Shown here: positions 39,658 to 49,492 of the stretch, one piece after another
Layout of the letters: each line of letters opens with the position of its first letter
How positions within the stretch are numbered: the stretch's first letter is position 1
NCBI GenBank assembly: GCA_963836085.1
Contig: CAWIHT010000012.1
Span: 6,527 to 70,526, forward strand
Direction of reading: 5' to 3'
DNA: 64,000 nucleotides
Source of the DNA: an uncultured Actinomycetota bacterium
Lineage (GTDB): Bacteria > Actinomycetota > Acidimicrobiia > Spongiisociales > UBA5794
Made by a program: the position numbers and the translations under genes
The notes under the pieces: generated by a model
What the model was told of the DNA's origin: nothing
Database searches by the model: none
What the model saw: the letters and a program-made list of their open reading frames with translations, nothing else

Positions 39658-40920
39658 TCACGCGGCCGCGGCCGGTTCCGCTGTTCCTGCCGCCGAGCGG
39701 CGTTGGGTCAGCAGATAGCGGGCGATCGCGACGACAACGTATGCGGTGATCACAGAAACTGTGACAGGCGCGATCGTCTCCGCTCCGAGGCCCAACGCAA
39801 TCGCAGCGATGAAAGTGAGGCTGACCGGAGCGCGGAGGTACGAACCGGGGACGGCAGCAAGCATGCACGACAAGGCAAGGGCGAACGGTACGTCGGGGAA
39901 CACCAGGAATACGAGGGTTCCCGCCGTCCCTCCGATGAAGATCAACGGAAAGACGTTGCCGCCCATGAACCCGGCACGCAGACTCAACGCCATCGCGATC
40001 ATTTTGCCGATCAGAGCCGCAGCCAACAGACCGATGCCGAGCCCTGAAGCCCCGTCGACCACCGTGCCGAGCTGGGTCTGCCCAGCGCCGAGCGTGAGCG
40101 GGAGCGCGACCGCGATGAGACCGACCAGAGCACCGCCCCCGACACCCCGGACGTAGGGATTCGGGACGAAGCCCGTGACCCACTTGATCGCGAGCAGGAT
40201 CACGACGAAGAGCGCCATCACGAGTGCCGCGAGCACGCCCAAAGCGACGGCGATCACCAAGTCCAAGTTCCGATACTCGTAGGCGGGGACTTCGTAGGAC
40301 CCGAGAAAGGTCCGCCCGACCACGACGTAGAAGATGGCGAAGCCGATCACCGCAGCGATGAGTTGCGGGATGATCGCCGTCACATAGCGCTCCTTGCGCG
40401 TGGGCGCGATCTCGGACACGAGGAAGGCGCCGAGGATCGGAGAGGTGAATGCTGCACCGAACGCCCCGGAAACACCCGTCAGCGTGTAGTCCTGGTCCGC
40501 CTGACCCTCGGCCCACCGGCGGTGCGCAATCCACGATCCGAGTCCTCCGCCCATCACGACCAGTGCGAACGACGGCCCGAGGCTGGCACCGGCGATGGCG
40601 GAGACGGCAGCGATACCCGCCCACTGTGGCGCGGTGGTGTGGTCGACGGCGCCCGACTCGATGATTGCGACGCCACCCGGCACTTTCTCGGGGATGTGCC
40701 ACATCTGACGAAGCACCGCAACGGTCAGCCCACCGGCCGCGATCAGGGGTATCCACCACCACTCGCCGGACCACCATGCTGTACCGGCGTCGCCGAAGAA
40801 GAGATCGATGATCTCCCCTGTTACGCCGAGATAGATCAATCCCAACACACCGCCGGCAATGCCGAGGATGACGGCCACGCCAAGAAGGCGCCGATACCAA
40901 TCCGAGCCGAAGGGGAGCAT
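39658..40920 (-). CDS. ClC-family chloride channel protein
   Basis: GASLGP, GAAFTSPI..A, GFMGGNVFP; multiple TM helices. Confidence 0.8.
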   Translation of the reverse strand: MLPFGSDWYRRLLGVAVILGIAGGVLGLIYLGVTGEIIDLFFGDAGTAWWSGEWWWIPLIAAGGLTVAVLRQMWHIPEKVPGGVAIIESGAVDHTTAPQWAGIAAVSAIAGASLGPSFALVVMGGGLGSWIAHRRWAEGQADQDYTLTGVSGAFGAAFTSPILGAFLVSEIAPTRKERYVTAIIPQLIAAVIGFAIFYVVVGRTFLGSYEVPAYEYRNLDLVIAVALGVLAALVMALFVVILLAIKWVTGFVPNPYVRGVGGGALVGLIAVALPLTLGAGQTQLGTVVDGASGLGIGLLAAALIGKMIAMALSLRAGFMGGNVFPLIFIGGTAGTLVFLVFPDVPFALALSCMLAAVPGSYLRAPVSLTFIAAIALGLGAETIAPVTVSVITAYVVVAIARYLLTQRRSAAGTAEPAAAA

Positions 40921-41169
40921 CTCAGAACCTCACACGTCGGCGATTCGTTGGAAGCGGCAGGCGGTTTGATCTGAGCACAGGGTCCCCTGGGTGGCGGAGT
41001 GCGTGTCGATCGTAGTCTTGACAGGAACCATCGCCGTGCTCGCCCAAGCCCGAGGCTCACCGCAGATGAAGAGTCGACTCCTGCCGTCGAGGACCGTACG
41101 CTCAGAACGACCGCGACGGAGCTCGATACCTCCGCTGCGGAAGCGAATCAAGGACGGAGTGGTTGAACC

Positions 41170-41544
41170 ATGGCGGATGTGAGGATCATCCTGTCGGGAC
41201 TGTGGGTGGCGACGATGCTCGTCTACCTCCTCGGCGACGTGCTGCGACTGTTCGCCGGCGATATGACTCCCGGCGAGATCGACGGCCAACCGGCGTCGCA
41301 GACCATGTGGCTGGGTGCTGCCGCGATCATGCTGGTTCCGATCGTGATGGTCGTGCTCTCGCTGACGCTCCCCTATCCCGCCATCCGGTGGGTCAGCATC
41401 GTGGTCGCCACGCTCGCCGTGGTCTTCAACCTCTTCGGCCTCCCATACGACGGCTGGTACGACAACTTCTTGATCTTCGTGGGATTCGTCTTCAACGGCC
41501 TCGTCATTTGGTACGCCTGGACGTGGGCGACGACGGTTCCGTAG
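41170..41544 (+). CDS. Small four-TM membrane protein (DUF6326-like)
   Basis: LSGLWVATML.YL.GDV..F..G and C-terminal IWYAW.W; RBS GGAG. Confidence 0.65.
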   Translation: MADVRIILSGLWVATMLVYLLGDVLRLFAGDMTPGEIDGQPASQTMWLGAAAIMLVPIVMVVLSLTLPYPAIRWVSIVVATLAVVFNLFGLPYDGWYDNFLIFVGFVFNGLVIWYAWTWATTVP

Positions 41545-41569
41545 CGATACCGGGAGCAACTCGGCGTGG

Positions 41570-43465
41570 TCAGCCCGTCAGGTCGAGATTGGTGTCGACG
41601 AGTTCGCACGACTCCTTCCGGAGGAGGCCGAGATCGTCGGACGCGTCGCCCCCGAAGTTCGTGTCGTAGCGGATCCCCTCCCAGATGTACTCCGCGGCAA
41701 GGAGCAGACCGGACCGTTCGTGATACCAACTGGTGATCGTCAAGACCTTCTCTGCATCGATTGTGCCCAGCGACTCCGAGTCGTAGTCAAGCGTCGAGGT
41801 GTAGCTGCCCGAATACGGGACCACAGACCAGTCCTGCCCGTGCGCCGTCACGGTCGTCGTCGCACCCGGTGTCATCGTCAATTCGGAGAAGGTCTCCACT
41901 TCCGTCGTGGTCTTCGAGATGGAGCCATCGGCGTTGTAGTGTTCGTGATTCACCACGGCGCCTGGGCGAACGTAGGGACCGCGACCGGACGGCACGGTCA
42001 GGCCCGGAGCGCCCCAATAGTCCCCCATACCCCAGCCGGCCGCGGCCTCCTCCATCACCTCGTACTCGGCACCGATGGAGAGGATGGGCACCACCAGCAG
42101 TTGATCCGCCCAGCGGAACTTCCTTCGATAGTCCGATTCGACTCCCCGCGTTGTCTCCTCGCAGTGGTAGATCGCCTCGAAACCCTCGGTCGACACGGAC
42201 GGGATCTCGCCTCCGATCGGCGGGGCCGGAAGTGTTGTCGTAGTCGTCGATGTCGTGGTGGTCGACGTCGTCGATGCGTCTCCCGCGGCCACAGCATCGG
42301 TCTCGTCAACTGCCGTCGCGCTCGCGATGCACTGCCGGTACTGCCCATCATCAACACCGTTGAACTGGCCACAACAGGTGCGGTACAACGCGTCGTCCAC
42401 GATGTTCGTGCAGTGGCGCCAGTCCTGGTCGACGTGGGCAGCACAGTCGTGTTGCATCGCTGCGTCGCCAATTGACCCACATACCGACGACTCGCCGACA
42501 GCAGCGGCCATGTCGTATGTGCAGAGGTCGCCCTCCAGATCCGGTTCATCTGCACACATATTGAAGATGGCGTCATCGACAAACACCCTGCAGGCGTACT
42601 GCACATCCTCGCTCGCCGCCGAGCTACATCCGAAGAAGGCGAGGCTGTTCGGTTGCGAGATGCCAAGGATGGATGCGCAGGCTCGAGTGAAGCCCCTCCA
42701 CGTCGGACCGGAGTGTCCATAGTCCGTCACGAGGCTGGCGCACTGCTCGACGTTGAACGCGTCCTGGTTCTCTGCCATGACCTTGAGAACACACGATGCA
42801 TTCCAGAAGTCGCCGCGGTCCACTCCGTTCACACCGCACACGGTGAGTTGGAAGTGTGCACGCTGTGCATTCGTTCGCTTCACGAGCAGATCCATGAGTT
42901 CGAGCGGGGTGCTACGCGGGATGGCGGCGGTGGCGATGCCGATTGCGCGGTCCTGATCCCTCGCCATGTCGACCACCCACCGGAGAACCGGGTCCGGGTT
43001 GACGATGGCATCCGGCATGGGTTCGAAGACGATCAGATCCGCCGTCTCGGCGAAGTCCTTTGGCAACGAGACGGTGAACTCGAACTCCTTGGGACTCGCC
43101 GGCCCGCCGGCGAACTCCCACAGCACCGTCGGCACCAACCCACCGGGTTCGCTGATCCACATCGTGTGCATCGCGACCACGACGCCGTCGGCCAGTTGCT
43201 GGACCGGGAACGAGTAGACATAGGAGGTCCCGGAATCCGACTCGACCGTCAGGATGTCCTCCGCTGTGACCTCCGGCATGAACGCGGCGGCCATCTCGTC
43301 CCAGTCGATGAGTTCGCGATCCTCGAGAACTTCGGCACCGTTCTCGGAAGCGGCATCCACCTCATCCGATGCCGACGATCCACACGCGCCCGCTCCGATT
43401 GCCAGGCTCGCGACAAGAATCCAGCGTGCAATCCCACGGTGCCCTACCCAGAACCCCATACCCAT
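41570..43465 (-). CDS. Putative secreted lipoprotein with Cys-rich repeats and Thr-rich linker
   Basis: Lipobox AGAC; central region with many regularly spaced Cys; STTSTTTTSTTTT linker. Confidence 0.65.
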   Translation of the reverse strand: MGMGFWVGHRGIARWILVASLAIGAGACGSSASDEVDAASENGAEVLEDRELIDWDEMAAAFMPEVTAEDILTVESDSGTSYVYSFPVQQLADGVVVAMHTMWISEPGGLVPTVLWEFAGGPASPKEFEFTVSLPKDFAETADLIVFEPMPDAIVNPDPVLRWVVDMARDQDRAIGIATAAIPRSTPLELMDLLVKRTNAQRAHFQLTVCGVNGVDRGDFWNASCVLKVMAENQDAFNVEQCASLVTDYGHSGPTWRGFTRACASILGISQPNSLAFFGCSSAASEDVQYACRVFVDDAIFNMCADEPDLEGDLCTYDMAAAVGESSVCGSIGDAAMQHDCAAHVDQDWRHCTNIVDDALYRTCCGQFNGVDDGQYRQCIASATAVDETDAVAAGDASTTSTTTTSTTTTTLPAPPIGGEIPSVSTEGFEAIYHCEETTRGVESDYRRKFRWADQLLVVPILSIGAEYEVMEEAAAGWGMGDYWGAPGLTVPSGRGPYVRPGAVVNHEHYNADGSISKTTTEVETFSELTMTPGATTTVTAHGQDWSVVPYSGSYTSTLDYDSESLGTIDAEKVLTITSWYHERSGLLLAAEYIWEGIRYDTNFGGDASDDLGLLRKESCELVDTNLDLTG

Positions 43466-43579
43466 CCTTCGGCAGAATCGCCAGAATCCTAAGCCCAGTA
43501 ACAGAAACGGAGAAATCCACCAAACGGGCCCGTACCATCTTCACGAGTGTGACAACGCCCGATGTGGGACGATGACGGC

Positions 43580-43861
43580 ATGGCAGAAGCGAAGGCCATA
43601 TCAGCGACCATCACCGGACGGGTTCAGGGTGTCGGCTACCGCTACTCCGTGGTGGGCATGGCCGGGAGGTTGGGCCTCATCGGATGGGTGCGAAACGCAC
43701 CCGACGGATCCGTCGAGACGTGGGCTCAAGGTCGTGGACCCGTCCTCGACGAGTTCGTGGCGTTCCTGGAGGAAGGACCGCGATCGGCACGGGTCGATGG
43801 CGTTGGCGTCCGGCCCGTGACGCCCGACGAGTCGCTGACGAGCTTCACCGTTCGGTCCTGA
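43580..43861 (+). CDS. acyP: Acylphosphatase
   Basis: GRVQGVGYR, GWVRN..DGSVE. Confidence 0.92.
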   Translation: MAEAKAISATITGRVQGVGYRYSVVGMAGRLGLIGWVRNAPDGSVETWAQGRGPVLDEFVAFLEEGPRSARVDGVGVRPVTPDESLTSFTVRS

Positions 43862-43944
43862 ACCACCCGGCGTGGAGTCGATCGCTTCCCGAACTCGCTC
43901 CTGATCCGTCACCGTCGGGGAACCGGGTGTACCTTGAGAGGGAC

Positions 43945-44547
43945 ATGGTCACCGGACGAAGCCGGCTCTTCGTTGCATCGGGAGCGATGGCGGCTCTCGG
44001 TCTCTTGATCAACGCCTGCGGCACCACCTCGGAGTCCTCCACCACGGCGTCCACGATCGCCGACCCCCCGGCATCGACGTCACCGTCCACCCAGGCAACA
44101 ACCACCAGCACTGAGTTGCCAGACGGGGTCACGGTTCACCTTGCCTTCTCGGCAGGTGATGGATCCGACTGCTCCGAGGTGGTGGCCGTTCCCCGACTCG
44201 TTGCGGCGAATGCCGATCCGATGAAGGCTGCATTCGACCTCCTCGTCGCCGGGCCGACGGTCGACGAGGTAGCCGATGGAGCATCGTCCTTCTTCTCAGA
44301 GGCCACGGCCGGATCCGTTCGATCTGCGACGCTCGACGGTGACCTCCTCACCGTCGACTTCGAAGACATCCGCAACGACCTGAACAACGCCTCCACGACC
44401 TGTGGGAGCGAAGCCCTCCTCGCTCAACTCACCGGCACCGCGTTCCAGTTTGTCGAGGTGGAGCGAGTCACGTACACCATCGACGGAAGCTGCGATGCGT
44501 TCTTCAACTGGATCCAACGCGGCTGCGAGGTGTTTGGCAGGGAGTAG
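43945..44547 (+). CDS. GerMN-domain lipoprotein
   Basis: Lipobox INAC, Thr/Ser linker, LVAGPT..E, QL..TA.QF.EVE.V. Confidence 0.75.
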   Translation: MVTGRSRLFVASGAMAALGLLINACGTTSESSTTASTIADPPASTSPSTQATTTSTELPDGVTVHLAFSAGDGSDCSEVVAVPRLVAANADPMKAAFDLLVAGPTVDEVADGASSFFSEATAGSVRSATLDGDLLTVDFEDIRNDLNNASTTCGSEALLAQLTGTAFQFVEVERVTYTIDGSCDAFFNWIQRGCEVFGRE

Positions 44548-44582
44548 GACTCGGATTCGCTCCGAAGTCCCTTCCCCCCTCC

Positions 44583-44610
44583 TCGATTCCTTCCCCTGAA
44601 AGGGAGGAAT
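44583..44610. repeat. REP-like palindrome between convergent genes
   Basis: TCGATTCCTTCCCCTGAAAGGGAGGAAT, similar to the units at 55996-56148 and 57432. Confidence 0.6.
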
Positions 44611-44901
44611 TCAAGAGGCTTCGGCGAATGTGTCGAACTGCGCGGCCAGGGCCAGGTCTTTGCTGGTGAGGGCGGCTTGGTCGTGGGTGGTCAGGAGGAG
44701 GGTCACCTTGTTCCAACGGATGTCGATGTCTGGGTGGTGGTCCGCCACCTCCGAAGCTACGGCCACCCGCGTGACGAATCCCATCGCCTCGTTGAAGTCA
44801 CGGAAGACAAAGGTACGTGAGATCGACTCGCCGGCTCGGACCCAGTGAGGATGGGCCGCCAAGAACGCTTCTGCATCTTCCGGGGTGAGATCGGTGGGCA
44901 T
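44611..44901 (-). CDS. Pterin-4-alpha-carbinolamine dehydratase
   Basis: DHHPDIDIRWNKV..LTTHD motif. Confidence 0.92.
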   Translation of the reverse strand: MPTDLTPEDAEAFLAAHPHWVRAGESISRTFVFRDFNEAMGFVTRVAVASEVADHHPDIDIRWNKVTLLLTTHDQAALTSKDLALAAQFDTFAEAS

Positions 44902-44942
44902 CCAGCAACGCTACCCGCAAATCACGGCGAGCGAGCAACTCG

Positions 44943-45521
44943 CTACGGAGCTTCGATCTCGCTCATGCCGAGAGTTGCCAGATGATGGTTGCAGGCAGCG
45001 TCGGCGGATTCGAAGTCGGCTGCGCCGACGTCTCCCAAGTCGATCATGCCTGATGAGAGGTCGGGGTCCGGCATGTCGACGCCGTTGTCACGCATGCAAG
45101 CGGCATATGCCAGGAGCGAGTCCTCCATCTCGGTCGTGTCGACCGGTGCGGCATTCATGACGATTCCCTCGAGGTACTCATCGCACGAGCCGATGAGCGC
45201 TTCGAACTCGGACGGATCCGGCATCGCTTCCGGGTCATCCGAAGATGTCTCGACTTCGATGGTGATCGGGGCGAGTTGCACATTGCCGTTGGCATCCACC
45301 GTCGGATCGTCGACATCGATGCCCTGATCACGCAGGCACTGTGTGAAGGCGAGCATGGCAGCTTCCGAGTCGACGAGCGGTTCGGCCTCGATCTCGGCCG
45401 GCGCGGTGGTCGACGCCTCGGTCTCGAGGCTCGCAACCGATGGCGGGACGCTGTCGTCCGAACACGCACCCGCCACGACGGCGAGCGTCAGGATCAGAAC
45501 AATGAGGACATTGCGGTTCAT
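44943..45521 (-). CDS. Hypothetical lipoprotein with duplicated 'C(L/M)RD.G.D..DP' motif
   Basis: Lipobox AGAC; FTQCLRDQGIDVDDP and YAACMRDNGVDMPDP. Confidence 0.75.
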   Translation of the reverse strand: MNRNVLIVLILTLAVVAGACSDDSVPPSVASLETEASTTAPAEIEAEPLVDSEAAMLAFTQCLRDQGIDVDDPTVDANGNVQLAPITIEVETSSDDPEAMPDPSEFEALIGSCDEYLEGIVMNAAPVDTTEMEDSLLAYAACMRDNGVDMPDPDLSSGMIDLGDVGAADFESADAACNHHLATLGMSEIEAP

Positions 45522-45618
45522 GGAGCGGAACCTACCGGTCGTTTCCAGAAACAGGACGCTGCCCTGGTCCGTCCGAGCAGCGGACGCAGCAGCGGCGATC
45601 CCGCCAACGGCAACTCCC

Positions 45619-48354
45619 CTACAGCAGACGCCCCGGGACGTCCTTCCGGCTCGGGAGCATGGCACCCTCGACCTTCCTGACCCGGATCCGGGAGTCGACG
45701 ACGATTGCGCCTTCGCCTGGTGCGAGAACCTTGACCGGGTTCAGGTCCATCTCGGCGATCTCCGGGATGTGGTCGATCAGCACCGAGAGCCGCATCAGCA
45801 ACTCCCTGAGCGCCGGAATGTCGCCGGGCTCTGAACCGCGGTAGCCCTCGAGCAGCCTGGCGGTCTTCACATCCGCGATCATCGAGTCGACGTCGAGATC
45901 GGTGAGCGGATTGATCCGGAAGGCCACGTCCTTCATCAGTTCCACGTAGACGCCGCCGAGGCCGAACACGACCAGGGGTCCGAAGAGCGGATCTTCGACC
46001 ATGCCGACGAGCACCTCGCGCCCACCGCCCACGAAGTCCTGGACAAGGACACCCTCGGAGTCGTCGCTCACGCTCATCACGCTGCGATAGGCCTCACGGA
46101 CTTTTTCGTCACCCGAGAGGTCGAGCGCAACGCCACCGACATCGCTCTTGTGAAGCACCGACGGGGCGATGACCTTCATGGCAACCGGACCGCCGAAGTC
46201 AGCTGCGATCGCTGCCGCTTCGTCCTCTGTGGCGGCGACCGCCATGCGAGCGCTCCTGATCCCGTAGGCCGAGAGGATGTCTCCGATCTCCTCCGGCTCG
46301 AGCCATCCGCCGTCGGAGCCCATACGGGAGACGGCACGACGGATGATCTGCTCGGCGGTGGGCCGGTCGATATCGTCGAACTTGGGGTACTCACCGGGAG
46401 GCGTGTCACGCCACTCGGTGTACTGATAGGCCGCACCAAGAGCACGGGCTGCCGATTCGGGGTAGGCGTAGAGCGGGATCCGCAGATCATCGGTGGCGAG
46501 AGGATCAGTCGACGCCGGATCTGCGGCCATGAATACGGCAACCACCGGGATTGAACCGTCGCCGTCAGCTACCGCAGCGTGAACAGCTCTCGCGACATCC
46601 TCGCACGTGTCGGGCCCGGTAGGGATCTGGATCACCATCAGGGCGTCGACTTCCTTGTATTCGAGGATCGTCTCGATCGTCTGCGCGTAGTTCCCCGGCT
46701 GCGCGGCTGCGATCATGTCCACCGGATTCTGAACAGCCGCTTCGGCCGGCAGGTGCTCACGGAGGGCCGCCTGAAGCTCAGCCGAGAACTCCGGGAGTTC
46801 GAGGCCGTTCGCCTCGAGGGCATCGGCCGCGAGGATCGCGGGACCGCCGGCGTTCGTCATCACCGCAACCTTCGGTCCAGTGGGCAGCGGCTGATTGGCA
46901 AGCAGCGAGGTGACATTGAAGAGTTCGACCATCGTGTCGGTTCGGATCGTCCCCGACTGCTCGAAGAGGGCGTCGACCGCGACATCGAGGCTGGCCATCG
47001 AACCGGTGTGGCTGCTCGCAGCCCGGGCGCCGGAACGCGAACGGCCCGACTTCACGACGACGATCGGCTTGTCGCGTCCGACGCGGCGGGCAATGCGACC
47101 GAAGCGACGCGGATTTCCGAACGACTCCGTGTACATGACGATCACGTCGGTCATCGGATCGTCTTCCCAGTACAGCATCAGGTCGTTGTTGCTGATGTCG
47201 GCCTGGTTGCCCAGGGAGACGAAAGACGACAGACCGATCTTCAACTGCGTGGCCTGCTTCAAGATGGCGAGGCCAAGCGCACCGCTCTGGCTCGCCATGG
47301 CGACGTTCCCCGGAGGCGGGAACGTGGGGCCGAACTGTCCATCAAGCCTCACAGCGTCGTCCGTGTTGAGGATGCCCATGCAGTTCGGACCGATGAGACG
47401 CATGCCGTAACGGCGTGCCGTCTGGACAAGTACGCGCTCAGCGCTGTCCCCAGTGTCGCTCACCTCGCCAAACCCGGCGGTGATGATGACGACGCCGCGG
47501 ACGCCCTTGCGCCCGCACTCCTCAACGGCGTTGAGGACGAGCGGTGCCGGCACGGTGATGATTGCCAGGTCGACAGAGTCTTCGATGTCGAGCACCGACG
47601 GGTAAGCCTTGACGGCGTGCACGAACGCTGCGTTTGGATTGACCGGGAACACCGGACCGGTGAACCCACCGGCCAGGAGGTTTCCGAAGAGGCGCCCACC
47701 GATGGAACGGTCGTTGCGGCTGGCTCCGATCACGGCGATGGACTTCGGACCGAGAATCGGCATGAGGGAGGCCGTGACCGAACGCTTCTCGTGCTCCCAC
47801 TCGGCCTCGCGGGCCTCGAGGGAGTACTCAATCGGGTATTCGACGCGGTATACGCCTTCGCCCAACTGGCGGACGAGCTTGTAGCCGGAGTTGCGGAAGA
47901 TGCGCATCATGCCGCGGTTCTCGTCGAGGACGAACGCCTCGAACTCGGTGATGCCTTGCAGCCGTGCGTAGACCGTGAGGTGCTGGAGCAGCAGCGAGCC
48001 AATGCCCCGGCCCTGGAAGTCGTCCTGCACGAGGAACGCGACCTCAGCAACCCGGTTCTCGTCGTCGCTCTTGTCGAGGAGAACGTCGTAGCGGCCGACG
48101 GCGACCATCTCATCATCGCGGATCGCCACAAAGGCCATCCGATCGACGTAGTCGACATTGGTGAAGTGCCGCAATTCGTCCGGCGTCAGATCGGTCTTGA
48201 CCTGGAAGAACCGGCGGTAGACGCTCTCCGGGCCCACCCTCTGGAAGAAAGCATGCTCAAGAGGGGCGTCCTCCGGCTTGATGGGACGAAGGTGGATCGC
48301 TCGCCCGTCACGAAGAAGGACGTCGAACTCGAACTCACTGGGGTATTCAGCCAC
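45619..48354 (-). CDS. GNAT + NDP-forming acyl-CoA synthetase fusion (Pat-type protein lysine acetyltransferase)
   Basis: N-terminal GNAT (QGRGIG), CoA-binding GAS..GPNCMG, SHTG, C-terminal ATP-grasp (EMDLNP); GGAG before GTG 48354. Confidence 0.88.
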   Translation of the reverse strand: MAEYPSEFEFDVLLRDGRAIHLRPIKPEDAPLEHAFFQRVGPESVYRRFFQVKTDLTPDELRHFTNVDYVDRMAFVAIRDDEMVAVGRYDVLLDKSDDENRVAEVAFLVQDDFQGRGIGSLLLQHLTVYARLQGITEFEAFVLDENRGMMRIFRNSGYKLVRQLGEGVYRVEYPIEYSLEAREAEWEHEKRSVTASLMPILGPKSIAVIGASRNDRSIGGRLFGNLLAGGFTGPVFPVNPNAAFVHAVKAYPSVLDIEDSVDLAIITVPAPLVLNAVEECGRKGVRGVVIITAGFGEVSDTGDSAERVLVQTARRYGMRLIGPNCMGILNTDDAVRLDGQFGPTFPPPGNVAMASQSGALGLAILKQATQLKIGLSSFVSLGNQADISNNDLMLYWEDDPMTDVIVMYTESFGNPRRFGRIARRVGRDKPIVVVKSGRSRSGARAASSHTGSMASLDVAVDALFEQSGTIRTDTMVELFNVTSLLANQPLPTGPKVAVMTNAGGPAILAADALEANGLELPEFSAELQAALREHLPAEAAVQNPVDMIAAAQPGNYAQTIETILEYKEVDALMVIQIPTGPDTCEDVARAVHAAVADGDGSIPVVAVFMAADPASTDPLATDDLRIPLYAYPESAARALGAAYQYTEWRDTPPGEYPKFDDIDRPTAEQIIRRAVSRMGSDGGWLEPEEIGDILSAYGIRSARMAVAATEDEAAAIAADFGGPVAMKVIAPSVLHKSDVGGVALDLSGDEKVREAYRSVMSVSDDSEGVLVQDFVGGGREVLVGMVEDPLFGPLVVFGLGGVYVELMKDVAFRINPLTDLDVDSMIADVKTARLLEGYRGSEPGDIPALRELLMRLSVLIDHIPEIAEMDLNPVKVLAPGEGAIVVDSRIRVRKVEGAMLPSRKDVPGRLL

Positions 48355-48417
48355 TGGGTCTCCCGGAAAAATCGCTGTCCCACAGGGTACCGGCATTGGA
48401 GACCCGAGCGTTCGGCC

Positions 48418-49416
48418 TCAAACCCCAGAACTCGTCCCCATCGGCTTCCTGAACGCCATCGTGCGCTTCTCGGGTGCGAAACCGAGCCGCTCATAGATCT
48501 GGTTTGCTCCAGTCGGGTTCTCGGAGTCCACGCCGAGACAGGCGTACTCCATTCCGTCATCGCGGAATCCGACCAACGCCATGGTGATAAGCGCCGATGC
48601 GATCCCTTTGCCGCGGTGACTTCGCAGCGTCCCGACACCCTCGATCCACGACTCGGTACGACCACGGTCCGCGAAGTCGTGCGGGTACTTCGCCGACTTG
48701 ACGTAGGCCACCGGCATCGATCCTTCGTACGCGACCCATGACGTGGCCGCTTCGAAGAACTCGCCGGCGTTGTATGACCTCCATGTGTCGGCTTCGATCG
48801 GCTGCGAGCCCCAGTGGTCCGCGAACGCAGCATTGTGAACGGCCAAGGCGTCGGCCTCGGCATGCACTGACCATGGTCGAGCAACCAGGCCCTCTGGGAG
48901 GGGGCGATCCTCGATTGGCAAGGAGAGATCGCGGATGTTCTCGGTGAAGTACCGGACGACCTCGTAGTCGTGGCGTTCCATGAGGGCGATCGTGTCGGTC
49001 ATCCAGTCGTAGACCTCATATCGGTACATCGCCGTGGGGATCCCGTCGTCGAACAGCGCGAGTCGACGACCGCCCGCATGCTCAACCCACGAAAGGAGGC
49101 CGTCCTCGACCGGGCCCCGACACTCGGGATCGACCTCGATCCAGATGAAGCCTCGATGCTCCGTCACGCCACTGTCGGGGACCTGTGCCCATCCCAATGC
49201 CAGCAATCGTCCGTCGGGGGTGAATGCCCCGACCGAACAGGTCGGAGCATCATCGCCGAACCGATCGAACTCTTCGCGCATCTCGACCGCGGTGATTCGA
49301 TACCCACCATCCTCGGCGAAACAGGCTTGCTGGAGGGCTGACATTGCCTCGGCATCGTCGGCCGAGAGCGGACGCCACACGGCGTTGGCGATTCCGGGGA
49401 GTTCACTGTCGGGCAT
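48418..49416 (-). CDS. Tandem-GNAT acetyltransferase
   Basis: AFADHWG, HRGKGIA, LGVDSENPTGA..YERLGF. Confidence 0.85.
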   Translation of the reverse strand: MPDSELPGIANAVWRPLSADDAEAMSALQQACFAEDGGYRITAVEMREEFDRFGDDAPTCSVGAFTPDGRLLALGWAQVPDSGVTEHRGFIWIEVDPECRGPVEDGLLSWVEHAGGRRLALFDDGIPTAMYRYEVYDWMTDTIALMERHDYEVVRYFTENIRDLSLPIEDRPLPEGLVARPWSVHAEADALAVHNAAFADHWGSQPIEADTWRSYNAGEFFEAATSWVAYEGSMPVAYVKSAKYPHDFADRGRTESWIEGVGTLRSHRGKGIASALITMALVGFRDDGMEYACLGVDSENPTGANQIYERLGFAPEKRTMAFRKPMGTSSGV

Positions 49417-49492
49417 CGCAATATCGTAGGCGCCTGGCGTGAGGCAATCCGGGGCAGGCCCCCAGATTGAAGAGCCCTGGCAGAATGGAGCG

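Noticed and set aside
40921-41169. Riboswitch or ncRNA in this and other intergenic gaps (e.g. 36667-36887)
   Set aside because: No recognisable conserved RNA motif by eye; an Rfam scan would be needed
28847-44547. Genomic island integrated at the tRNA cluster
   Set aside because: No integrase or transposase, and I saw no duplicated tRNA 3' end, although the downstream genes look accessory
46579-48741. 720-aa plus-strand ORF (likewise 20109-21944 and 59455-61242)
   Set aside because: Antisense shadows of well-supported minus-strand genes
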